This document shows, one piece after another, positions 48,910 to 59,211 of a DNA stretch of 64,000 nucleotides. How positions within the stretch are numbered: position 1 is the first letter of the stretch; each line of letters starts with the position of its first letter. The stretch spans positions 248,001 to 312,000 of the forward strand of contig CBFFRP010000363.1 of the NCBI GenBank assembly GCA_965644295.1, written 5' to 3'. The notes beneath the pieces are model-generated. The model had not been told where the DNA came from, ran no database searches, and was given only the letters and a program-made list of their open reading frames with translations. The translations under genes and the position numbers were made by a program. The stretch is from Paraphysomonas bandaiensis (Eukaryota > Protista > Chrysophyceae).

Positions 48910-50235
48910 CTAGCTTGAAATCAATGCCCGTTCGGATCGCAGTTTTGCCAGCGCCGCCCGTTTTTCTTTCTTTTGTGCGATAAGTGACTTTGCGAACTCA
49001 ACTATCGATTCCTTAGGTTGTGGTGACGACTCCTTTGGCTTCTCCATCGTCGCTCTGAGTGATGCTATATCGGGGCAACTCTGCTGCTTCCTCATAAGGT
49101 TGCCGCGCCTAATATACTTCATCAAACCCGGTGAAGGAGGTCGCAACTCTTCATCATTATCTCCACCCAGCACAACCTCGGGTATAGATGTAGTGGAGTG
49201 CGACCGTCTACCTCCTCGGATTGCCACTCGGGCACTTATAACGTTCCCATGTACACGATTTTCAAGTGGCGACACTCGTCGCGGACTGAGATCAGCAGGA
49301 CAGCTCATTTGCCGCCGGCCATGCATCGCCCCGCGAAGAGCTGTAGGCGACAAGGGAAGATCAGTTGCATGATTTTTTCCCTGTTCACTACGCCTGAAAG
49401 GCTGATTCTCTACACTCGGAGCACTGTTAGGGGATTCTGTTTTCTGTGAGCCACGACTGATTGAGGAAACCCACATGGCACTACCGTTCGATACACTCGA
49501 CGAGTCTGCGCTTCCATAAGATTCATATAGACTACAGTGGTCGCTGGAAGAACGCATAATACTTTGCTGCACTGAGATAACGGCCTCTTTTAATTTGTCC
49601 ATTGTAGCAAGTGTCGCAGGACTTGATCTTCCAAAATAATACTTTATCTTTTCGTCATTTCCTATGGTCACTCGCAGGGAACAGAAATTCGAGCGACCAA
49701 CTTGTATTGAAGACAGACTATGCCATTCAAAAGAGTGTATTTGTGTGGAAGATTTATCTGACATCCACACCAATCGTCGCGTTGTTACATAAAGTGTACC
49801 TTTGCGGCTTTTCTTCTTATCCAAAAACACGGGGTGCTTGAAACGTACACTCTCATTTTTCTCGAGTTGTAGAGCACTACTTGACGCACTCCCATTCGAA
49901 CTTCCGCCCATATGACGAGCTTTCTTAATTGCTCGACGCATTTTCTCCATCTGAGCCTGAATGACCGGGCTCGACTGGCCTATGAATATCTCTATAGGAG
50001 TAGTTTCTTTCTGTTGAGTTATACGCACTCCGCAGTTACCCACTCGACCCGTTTGAACTGAGCATATTTCTCTCCATCTAAATGAATACAGAGGAATAGA
50101 GCTCTTAACAGGCTTCCATATAATCCGCTGTAAGGTTATAATGAGAGTGCCGTGCTCCCCCATCAGTGTAGCCGGGTGCTCGAATAGCACCTCTCCGTCA
50201 TCGTTGTCGGGGCGTGTCGCGGTAGAATTAATCAT
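48910..50235 (-). CDS. protein with two tandem PH-like (TFIIH p62/GRAM-type) domains and a disordered tail
   Basis: Internal duplication GTLIITLQRIIW..F.W..I.SVQ.GR / GTLYVTTRRLVW..F.W..L.SIQ.GR; 441-aa ORF. Confidence 0.7.
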   Translation of the reverse strand: MINSTATRPDNDDGEVLFEHPATLMGEHGTLIITLQRIIWKPVKSSIPLYSFRWREICSVQTGRVGNCGVRITQQKETTPIEIFIGQSSPVIQAQMEKMRRAIKKARHMGGSSNGSASSSALQLEKNESVRFKHPVFLDKKKSRKGTLYVTTRRLVWMSDKSSTQIHSFEWHSLSSIQVGRSNFCSLRVTIGNDEKIKYYFGRSSPATLATMDKLKEAVISVQQSIMRSSSDHCSLYESYGSADSSSVSNGSAMWVSSISRGSQKTESPNSAPSVENQPFRRSEQGKNHATDLPLSPTALRGAMHGRRQMSCPADLSPRRVSPLENRVHGNVISARVAIRGGRRSHSTTSIPEVVLGGDNDEELRPPSPGLMKYIRRGNLMRKQQSCPDIASLRATMEKPKESSPQPKESIVEFAKSLIAQKKEKRAALAKLRSERALISS

Positions 50236-50942
50236 GGTTCGATAAGGATGTGTTTAACAAATGAACTCCTATGTAACTAATTAACCTTATGATAATTAAT
50301 CACCGCTCGTGCGTATGACTGTTACTTGAGTGTTCCTGTCTAAGTACTTCACAGTGCAGAGTAGAGGGAGAAGAACGTCCCGTACTGCTGTATGTGTGTA
50401 TGTATGTATTGTTACGTTAGTAGTCCAGGATAAGATCACCCGTCATTGAAGTACAGGCAGCTGTGTTCCACATGCTGTTGTGTATGACGAAACCCGTATC
50501 GCATTTGTTAGTGTACAAATACACGGTATACCAGTATACTAGTAGCCTTCTATACCTATAGCCTATAGCCCTCTGGACATCCTCTGCTATAAAAATTTCG
50601 AGAAAAAAAACAATATTTCAAGAAACATAAAATTCCATGTTTATAACAAAATATCGATTTTATAGATCTATGTGGGGTTTTCGCAGTTCAGTATACACTG
50701 CTGTACTTTTGTACACATACCCACACACCAATACAGCAGTACATTCATCCACATACATCTATACTGCTGTACTCACTGTATACTGGTATGTGACCAGATA
50801 GGTGTGTAGTGGGCTGCTGTATGTGTATGTAGTATGTATGTGTGTGTATATGAGAATCTTCACAACTATTTGCTGCGGTGAGTGCAGTGAGTGACTCTGT
50901 TAGTATCAGTAACAGTAACAAGATCCCTCAACTAACACCGTC

Positions 50943-52605
50943 ATGAGACTGTTGTTTATTTCCACGTTGATCCTGTTAACTCCATCTCATTCCAAGTTCT
51001 ATGACGCCAAGACTCCTGTGAGTGTTCTCGAGGAGGAGTATGCGAAGCACTCCTTCATAGGGATATACGGATGGCCTAACAGTGGACTTAACTGGATGCA
51101 TGAGTTAATGAGATTCACTCCAGATGTATCGACGATGATTGAGGGGTGTATGCGAGTGGCCGGTAAAGATGTGGAGAAGAAGTGTACAGCTACTCAGTAT
51201 AATGTACAGCCCGCCCGCCTGTCTCTCCAGTGCATATTTGACTGCATGTTAACAGGGTATTCCACGTGTTAAGAGTGCCGTTCAGAAGCTACATCCGAAT
51301 ATTATGTGTACGTTACCTGAAAAGGATAAAGATTTGCAAACAACAATGGATGAAGTTTTTAATGAGGTATCTGTGTTGTCTGCTGCAGCTGACACTGCTG
51401 TAATTCTATTTTTGTACAGTGGATTCGTCTATACTGGAACGTCGACTATACGTACGTCGTAGAGAATTCTGCTCACCTTATGGTCAAGATACCACTGATA
51501 AAAGAATCCGCGAAAAAGTTTGCGGACCAGAAATACGTACTTGCTATTAAGGTGACTTTCTGAATAGTGGAACTATTCGTATTCTGACCAAGACGCTGAT
51601 ATATTTAGCACCCTCTCTGTGTTGAGACCTCTTATACAGGAGACTGGTCACGTGCTGTACGAGAAGGGAAGTGAGTGACTGATACTTTTATCACAACCGT
51701 TGCTTATACTGATTAGGCTCAACACTGCAATGATGGACCTCGAGGTAATGGTGGATGTGGATGGGGCTAAAAAATCTCCCCGTTACTATGGTGACGTGAC
51801 GTCAGTATTGAGCGTAGTAAGATGTGTCTTTGTTGACTTATGCGCTTACTCAGGTGTGACGGGTACCAAAGCGCTCGAGGAATGTCCTGGATTCAGGGCA
51901 TGAACACACTGTATGATCAACTGCAGGTCTGCTAGTGTCCACATACCTTTCCAAATTTGATGATGTTCTGTAGGCGGATAGCAAGTGGAGTAAAGAGCAC
52001 GTTCGTATTGGTATGATTTATCTAGTATATCATCTTATTTATCTTTACCAAACATCATAGTACACTATGAAGACTTCCAGTCTCGTCCTGTACAAGTTTG
52101 CCAGAACGTCTACAAATTTTTGTTCTTGGAAAATCGACCAGCGTCCCTTAAAAAATTTGTAACTAACTCATCGTCTCCATACTTCTGGGGTGAATCGGAC
52201 ATAGAGAAAGCTTGTGCTACGCTTTTTAAGAAATCAACCACAAGGAGGAATCTCAGAACCACATCTTCCCATGAATATGGTGAGAACAACATAAGCAGAC
52301 TCACACATTCAGTTATTTGACACTCATGTACAGGCAATTCTCACCGCCGTTTGCGGAAGCATATAATAACCAGAGGATATCACATCCAGCCAACGGAATT
52401 TCCGTATGACCCGGTGCTTATCAATGCTTCGTGCTCTATTGCGTTTTCAACTTTCGCTATCGGATATCCAAGTTTCAGTGACACGGCGAAAGCTAAACTG
52501 GATGCTATGAGTGCCAAAACTAGTCCATTCGGTTATTCTTTAGACTTTCAAAATTTTTATGTTAAGGACGAAAAATTTGGGGCTTGGGATGTGATGCTTA
52601 ATTAA
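50943..52605 (+). CDS. secreted/Golgi sulfotransferase-like protein, multi-exon
   Basis: Signal peptide, IGIYGWPNSGL (PAPS-loop-like), YVVENS, IK|HPL, VHYEDF..RP...C. Confidence 0.55.
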
Positions 52606-52841
52606 GCGCCGTGGGAATCAGTGATAGTCATATATGTCATTCAGTCTAGCACCACTTCGTTTTATATTATGATATCATGCATTCTCGTATATAGCATGCA
52701 ATATTAATGGCAACATAGACTTATGCTTAGTTCTTCGCCTCGGGGATAATCTTTGAGTGTGTATAAGCATAAACATGGAAGCAAAAAGTAATTTGAGATC
52801 AAGGTAAAACTTACTTTATCGTTATGATAACTTTAGAAATA

Positions 52842-52910
52842 GTGAATGCCTTATTATTAACAATAGGAGTTTAAGAAACAGGACTAATTTGGCATCGCAA
52901 TTTAACTTAC
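52842..52910 (-). mobile_element. short 3'-tail fragment of the retroposon family
   Basis: GTGAATGCCTTATTATTAACAATAGG...CAATTTAACT matches 22562-22630. Confidence 0.6.
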
Positions 52911-53000
52911 TTTAAAAGTAGACTATTATTTCAAAAACTCTGAGCTTGCTCTGTGCTGTTGCTCATCACTTGCAAGAGAGAATTTCAAGTAGAAGGAAAT

Positions 53001-53002
<2 letters not shown>

Positions 53003-53033
<31 letters not shown>

Positions 53034-53262
53034 GGCGTTACGCAGTCAGTGTTTAACTCTGATATCCTACTATTTAACGCTACGAAAGCTGCTTGAACCT
53101 TGAACGTCACCGCAAGTTCCATGGTGCAACCTTTTTTTTGCTCTATCACTCAAAGCAATGTTGATATACCTGACACCTGCTGACTTCAGGGTTTTTGAGT
53201 CATTAAGGTGGGCCCAATACCCCGGATGCCCTTGAGGTGGGTCCAATACCCCGGATGTCCAC
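53003..53262 (-). mobile_element. 5'-truncated SINE-like copy with expanded (TAA)n tail
   Basis: ~10 TAT units, then AGGCG...ATCCTACTATTTAACGCTACG, and two ~29-bp GGTGGG(C/T)CCAATACCCCGGATG repeats as in copies B and C. Confidence 0.8.
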
Positions 53263-53458
53263 ATTTACAGACGTTGTCTCGTCGGCGGTCTCAACATTGA
53301 ATGATTGAATGCAGAGTCTGGAGGAGAAGGTGTATAGTTTGGCAGACGTTGAATGTTGAGATTGGCCTTGGTCGGTGTCTTCCAATCTATACACCTTCTC
53401 CTCCAGACTCTGCATTCAGTCATTCAATGTTGAGACCGCCGAGACAATGTCTGTAAAT
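53263..53458. repeat. inverted repeat, ~82-85-bp arms, 29-nt spacer
   Basis: 53263-53347 is the reverse complement of 53377-53458, with a few mismatches and a 3-nt indel. Confidence 0.92.
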
Positions 53459-54293
53459 TCTGAGTGTCTCTTGATTCGAGCTTGCACCCGCCGTCGTCGC
53501 ATCACTTTTTCCTGCGGCCGCGCTTGGATTGGTTTCTGTCCTCTTCTTGAGGAATATCAGACTTCCTGGGCGAGGTCTTTCTTCCTTGCTTTCCACGCTT
53601 ACCGTCAGTTGGTGTATGCATGATAAAGTATTAGTGATTGGGTTTGTGCCTTTTATTTGTCCTTGCAGGATTTTCAGCAACATTATGTGTACTTGAGATT
53701 GAATCACAAGTGACAAGGACAAACCTCTGTGTAATAATAATAATCACACAGCTTTGTCGCAACTTTCAAGCACTCTCTAAAGCCCTGCTTGCTAATGTGC
53801 AAGCGAAGCAATAGGGTCTGCATGGCATGTCTCTGACATACTTGTCGCTGAGGCTGGGTTGCCATGCTAGGAGTCCTATTCAATGCTGAAGAGCTGCAGT
53901 CCGAGTATTGGTTCAGGTATGAGAGAAGCTTGAAGTTTTAGTCATCGTGGAACGAGTTCTTTAGTTCTGTGTTGCTATGAATAATATTATGAGTGATTAT
54001 TTGTTGTCTGATGAATGCGTTGATAGTTAGTCGCGCTCGCGCTTCCAAACACAACATTGTAGTCTTGTAGTATCTCTTGTAGTAATGCACTATAGCCACG
54101 TAAGTAGGGCACGCGAGATGCCACGTGGTCACAAACTCATACAACATCTATACATTCATTGCACAACTGTATAGCTTACTTTCATTGCCTTAATCGCAGC
54201 ATCATATTATATAAATACATATTTATTAAGTGAGACCTCCACACTACAAATTTAATGAAATACCCTTCTAGCTACCCATGAGAATAGGCGTTG

Positions 54294-54874
54294 TGTAGCA
54301 AAATTGGGTATGTCAAGTATGGGTGATTTAGGAGGTTGTTATGGCTGAAGAATAAGATGAAGTGATGTAGGTTGTAGTATGAGATGAGATGTAGATGGTA
54401 GTTATGATTAGATTAGAAGATACGAATATTAAGGCCAGATATAGGGTTGGAGTGTACCGGAACTACCCGTACATACGGATGTAACGGACGGTCATGGTAA
54501 CCCGTACAGTATTATGATGGTATACGTAGGTATTCTGTAGGATGATATAGGAGTAGATAGCAGGATGTTAAGGGATTTCTATATGATTATTTCTGGAAGT
54601 AGAAAACTAGCTATTTATGGCTGGGAAACCACTTCTAGAATTAACTATGGAGATATAGGTAGAAGGATATGGAGTTTTAGATATAATAGTGAAAGTTGAT
54701 ATTGTAGTTGTTGAAAGTTAAGAAGTAGCGAAGTAAAGAGTAAGAAGAGGAAGTTAAGTGAAGAGTGTTGTGAGAAGACTATCCTACCCCACATCACCTG
54801 TGCACATGGACAGGGATGATAAGACCAGCAATGTTAGTCATGATAGCGAGGCTCGATCACCCGTAGTCGTTACA
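54294..54874 (+). repeat. 5' LTR
   Basis: Matches 58277-58857 with one visible substitution. Confidence 0.97.
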
Positions 54875-57800
54875 CTTGGTGGACAACGTGGGCTGGGTAC
54901 AGTGGTTGGGAGTGATCAACTCAGCCATGCGTCACCCAGCGCACTATCGGCACGATCTCAGAGAGAGCCTTTGCCAGAAGAGGGAAACATTGAGAGTATC
55001 AGCCTAGACCATGAGGGAGAGGAGAGACAGGAGACTAAGGAGGAACTGCGGTCCCATGCACAGAAGGACCTATTGGAGCACGGGCTGAGGATGCAGAGTA
55101 TGGATGACAGGAAAGGTGGAACCCAACCCAATTGGTCTGGAAGGTCTACAGAGCAGATAGAATGGATGCGTGATCCTATTCTTGGAGGCAGAGACCTGGA
55201 GATGGGGGATAGGAGTAGTAGAGATGATATGAAGAGCTCGTGGAGGAGCACAGGAAGAGAAGAGAAGATTAAAAGGAGAGATGTTTACGCAAGAGCAGAT
55301 GATGTGAGGGGCCCATCAGGAGGTCCTGGATATATTAGAAGAAAGGATTATGCAACAGATGAAGATGTAAGGGGCCCATTAGGAGGTCCTGGAGATGATT
55401 ATATGAAAGATGAAGATTTAAGGGGCCCATTAGGAGGTCCTAGATATGACAGAAGAGATGATTATATGAAAGATGAAGATATGAGGGGCCCATCAGGAGG
55501 TCCTAGATATAGTAGAAGAGATGAGTATGCAAGTGCAGAAGATGTGAGGGGCCCATCAGGAGGTCCTGGATATAGTAAAAGAGAGGATTATGTGAGAGAA
55601 GTGAATTTTAGGGACCTATCCAGAGGTCTTGGAGAAGAGATAGAAAAGCAGATGAGAGTACCTGAATGGCTGGTGGAGCCTAGTAGAGAAAGGAGTGTAA
55701 AAGGACAGATTGGGAGATTAAGTAGAAGTGTACAGAGTGAAAGAGAGTTGCATCGACTGTTGATGAGAGAATTAGAAATAGGAGTAGGGAATGAAGGGTT
55801 GACTGCAGCGCACCGTCAGGCGTGTGAATATTGGCTCCGGAATCGAAGAAGACTATTGAGTGGTAGTATGGAGACGGGTATAAAGATGCTCAGCCAGCTG
55901 ACTGAACTAAACCGAATAGGGGAGAGGATACAGTATGTGGAGGCTCAGCAAGAGGCGCTATTAGCTGCTAGGAAGGAGTTATCAGAGAAGGCAAGGATGT
56001 TGTGGATACAGAAAGGAGAGAGCATGTGTGATAGCAATAGAAGGACCTTAGACAGGATGCGTGTAATGGAGGAAGTTGATGAAACAGATAGTGATGACTG
56101 GGAGAACGACGCAGGAGTATATAGGAAGGGAGTTATGAGAGGGCCTTTATCAGGAATACAGACTATGACACGGGAAGAAGCAGAGACATGTGGATATAAG
56201 ACATTCTGCCGCTGGTGTAATATGGTGGGAAAGGAATACAAGAGTAGTTTGGATAGGCAATTAGAGGAAAAGTGTCAGAGTTTTCTGAGGACTCGGAATG
56301 TTGCGCAGCATGTGTTTGACTTGTTAGGGAAGATACCCATACCTCGATGGATGAGGATGGAGACCGCAGGAAAGCTGAGATTCCAACCTATAGACTTTGA
56401 TGCTTTAGGACGCTCAACAGGAATGGTGAAGAGAGTGGATTGTGTCCAGTTCTTTGATAGTCTTTATGCAGCAGCGCATACTGCGAATATGTCACCCATG
56501 AGAATATTAGCGGAGATAAGAGGAGGAACAGTATTCAAAGGAGAGTTAGCTGAAGAGGTAAGGTGGAGAATGGCATCAGGTGACTTCGAGATGGACATAG
56601 ATAGGAACAGACGAGCAGAGGAGACCCTTGAGACGGATGTTGTGGCATGGGGATATGCACTGTATCAGTTCTCCATATTGTTTACAGAAGCCTTCGGGGT
56701 AAAGATGGATCCTGCAGTATTAATGATGGAGATCGATAGGTTCGAGTTATCCGACGAATCACCACAGGCGTTTGAAAAGTCTCTGATGGAGTTAAGATAT
56801 TTAATTACGCAAGCGGAAGTAACTGAGCCAGAGAGAGAGTTATATCACAAGTTCAAGGTGAAGACTATAGATATGCCACGAGTAGGTAAAAGAGTAGCAG
56901 ATGAAGTGGAGAGCATCATCCAAATAAAGCAGTGTATGGGAGTGAGGAACGTGCAATATGATCGGAACTTTTTAGTGTCTACTGTTGCACAGATTGTACC
57001 TCGGATAGTGGATCAAGACAGTCTTAACAGTAAGAATGAGAAGGTGATAAGGTCGCATGGAGTGTATGCGGGAAGAGCAGTTCCAGAAAAGTGTGAACGT
57101 AGGATAGATGGACTAGAAAGAAGTACTCGACCATGGAAGTTCCTTAAGTGTGAGACATGTGGGTTTAAACACTACATGAACCGTTTTTGTCCATTTAGAG
57201 ATGATAGGAAGAAAGATGATGGGACATATATGAAATGTGCGGAGTTTAACGGATATAAGCCATGGAGATTTGCTAAGTTTGAGGCGAAGACTTTAGAGAA
57301 GATATTTGAGGTCATGAAGCAGAATAGCAAGGCGTGGCAAGAACTTGGAGATGTGTTGAAAAGAAAATTCGTACAAATGGTAGCCGATGCGAAAGAAGAG
57401 CAGGTGAAAAGTATGAGGAATGTCTTACATCATGTGCGGACCGTAGGAGAGCCGACCAAGGAAAGGGTAGAGGAGGAAACCAGAGGATTAGAGACGGTGA
57501 AGTCAGAAGATGGAAACCAGCAAGTGTCTAATAGAAAAGTCAGTGGGGCACATACGATGACGTCACCGGCACAACATGATGATAAGAAGAAAAGGATGGA
57601 TACTTTAACTTGGTGGTGTGGAGAAGCGATTGTAAGAGGAGAGACAATACCGATGGCAATTCATGTGGATGGTGGATCAGAAGGAGCATTCATGCATGAA
57701 GGGCTAGCAGAGGAAATGGGTTTAGAAGTTCATGAGTATCCAAGGGACCAACAATATTTGGTGATGGGAGCTACAGGACAAGGAAGATGTCCGGAACGAG

Positions 57801-58186
57801 TGACAAAGTATGTATATCTATGTATGCGGATAGACGGAGTGGAGTATTATGGTGAAATGTTGGGACAATTGAAGACTGGACATCCGATACAGAGCATATG
57901 GAAGTGTAAGTTTGATCTGATACCTAATATGACGGCTTCATGCTTATGGGGAGGAGCGGAAGTGAAGGAGTTGAAAGAGCATCGTGCTTTTGTGGTGCGA
58001 ACACCAGAGGGTATACCTGTTGTCATGAAAGGAAAGTCATACGCAGAAACAATGAAATGGATGGCTAAGACGAGACATCGGGTAGCAGAACATCCAGTGT
58101 ATCAAGATAATATGACGGAAGAACGGAGGGTCAATACTGTGTGGAAGACAAGACAATGCCCTAACCAGTATTGTGTAAGACAATGA
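54806..58186 (+). CDS. Gag-aspartyl protease polyprotein
   Basis: Open frame from 54758 (first ATG 54806); knuckle CETCGFKHYMNRFC; protease-like IHVDGGSEGAFM; true start uncertain. Confidence 0.8.
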   Translation: MDRDDKTSNVSHDSEARSPVVVTLGGQRGLGTVVGSDQLSHASPSALSARSQREPLPEEGNIESISLDHEGEERQETKEELRSHAQKDLLEHGLRMQSMDDRKGGTQPNWSGRSTEQIEWMRDPILGGRDLEMGDRSSRDDMKSSWRSTGREEKIKRRDVYARADDVRGPSGGPGYIRRKDYATDEDVRGPLGGPGDDYMKDEDLRGPLGGPRYDRRDDYMKDEDMRGPSGGPRYSRRDEYASAEDVRGPSGGPGYSKREDYVREVNFRDLSRGLGEEIEKQMRVPEWLVEPSRERSVKGQIGRLSRSVQSERELHRLLMRELEIGVGNEGLTAAHRQACEYWLRNRRRLLSGSMETGIKMLSQLTELNRIGERIQYVEAQQEALLAARKELSEKARMLWIQKGESMCDSNRRTLDRMRVMEEVDETDSDDWENDAGVYRKGVMRGPLSGIQTMTREEAETCGYKTFCRWCNMVGKEYKSSLDRQLEEKCQSFLRTRNVAQHVFDLLGKIPIPRWMRMETAGKLRFQPIDFDALGRSTGMVKRVDCVQFFDSLYAAAHTANMSPMRILAEIRGGTVFKGELAEEVRWRMASGDFEMDIDRNRRAEETLETDVVAWGYALYQFSILFTEAFGVKMDPAVLMMEIDRFELSDESPQAFEKSLMELRYLITQAEVTEPERELYHKFKVKTIDMPRVGKRVADEVESIIQIKQCMGVRNVQYDRNFLVSTVAQIVPRIVDQDSLNSKNEKVIRSHGVYAGRAVPEKCERRIDGLERSTRPWKFLKCETCGFKHYMNRFCPFRDDRKKDDGTYMKCAEFNGYKPWRFAKFEAKTLEKIFEVMKQNSKAWQELGDVLKRKFVQMVADAKEEQVKSMRNVLHHVRTVGEPTKERVEEETRGLETVKSEDGNQQVSNRKVSGAHTMTSPAQHDDKKKRMDTLTWWCGEAIVRGETIPMAIHVDGGSEGAFMHEGLAEEMGLEVHEYPRDQQYLVMGATGQGRCPERVTKYVYLCMRIDGVEYYGEMLGQLKTGHPIQSIWKCKFDLIPNMTASCLWGGAEVKELKEHRAFVVRTPEGIPVVMKGKSYAETMKWMAKTRHRVAEHPVYQDNMTEERRVNTVWKTRQCPNQYCVRQ
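54877..54892 (+). other. primer binding site, probably tRNA-Ala
   Basis: TGGTGGACAACGTGGG two nt after the LTR; the complement ends GUUGUCC-A-CCA (U70, A73 as in tRNA-Ala). Confidence 0.75.
55280..55630 (+). repeat. in-frame 63-bp (21-aa) tandem repeat in gag, ~6 units
   Basis: D(V/L/M)RGP(S/L)GGP units start at 55301, 55364, 55415, 55478, 55541 and 55604 (last degenerate). Confidence 0.9.
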
Positions 58187-58267
58187 TACAGGATGAATCT
58201 GTGAGAGTTCATGTGGTCAATATGAAGCCAGATCGTTATGTTGTTGGACCTATTCAGGTCTTGGATT

Positions 58268-58276
58268 AGGGGGAAG
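58268..58276 (+). other. polypurine tract
   Basis: AGGGGGAAG immediately before the 3' LTR. Confidence 0.8.
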
Positions 58277-58857
58277 TGTAGCAAAATTGGGTATGTCAAG
58301 TATGGGTGATTTAGGAGGTTGTTATGGCTGAAGAATAAGATGAAGTGATGTAGGTTGTAGTATGAGATGAGATGTAGATGGTAGTTATGATTAGATTAGA
58401 AGATACGAATATTAAGGCCAGATATAGGGTTGGAGTGTACCGGAACTACCCGTACATACGGATGTAACGGACGGTCATGGTAACCCGTACAGTATTATGA
58501 TGGTATACGTAGGTATTCTGTAGGATGATATAGGAGTAGATAGCAGGATGTTAAGGGATTTCTATATGATTATTTCTGGAAGTAGAAAACTAGCTATTTA
58601 TGGCTGGGAAACCACTTCTAGAATTAACTATGGGGATATAGGTAGAAGGATATGGAGTTTTAGATATAATAGTGAAAGTTGATATTGTAGTTGTTGAAAG
58701 TTAAGAAGTAGCGAAGTAAAGAGTAAGAAGAGGAAGTTAAGTGAAGAGTGTTGTGAGAAGACTATCCTACCCCACATCACCTGTGCACATGGACAGGGAT
58801 GATAAGACCAGCAATGTTAGTCATGATAGCGAGGCTCGATCACCCGTAGTCGTTACA
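58277..58857 (+). repeat. 3' LTR
   Basis: Matches the 5' LTR. Confidence 0.97.
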
Positions 58858-59211
58858 GTTGCATAACTATTAGAAATTTGAAGAGGTTGTCATGATTTAT
58901 AACTATTTTAGATTCTAGTATGTGTGTAATCTTGTAATCTTAACCATGTCGATAAGAATTTTTAGGGGTGTAGGACACAGAAACATAGCTTTGATAGAGG
59001 ACACACAATTCATTCAGCACTTTATTTCATCGTATATCATATATATAATATATACCCACATTCTTTATAACATACAATGCCAACTGATACAAGGAGAAAT
59101 GCTTCCTAATAAAACTTGCACAGCAGTCTATAAGCCTATAGATATATGACAGTAGAAAACAGTTCACTATATATTAGAGTTTTTAATAAAAATTACAAAT
59201 TATGTAGTATT

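Larger units (their letters stand above)
54294..58857 (+). mobile_element. young non-autonomous LTR retrotransposon (gag-protease only), 4564 bp
   Basis: 581-bp LTRs TGTAGC...GTTACA, 4-bp TSD GTTG (54290-54293, 58858-58861), PBS, PPT; no RT/RNaseH/integrase. Confidence 0.95.

Noticed and set aside
50529-50788. MITE-like inverted pair TACCAGTATAC/GTATACTGGTA
   Set aside because: Only 11-12 bp, no TSD, low-complexity promoter context.
54280-54293. LTR element inserted into a SINE tail (AATAGGCGTT)
   Set aside because: Only ~10 bp of similarity, and the right flank does not continue the tail.
55280-55630. Regularly spaced repeats suggestive of CRISPR
   Set aside because: The intervening sequences are homologous, the repeats are in frame in gag, the context is eukaryotic and there are no cas genes.
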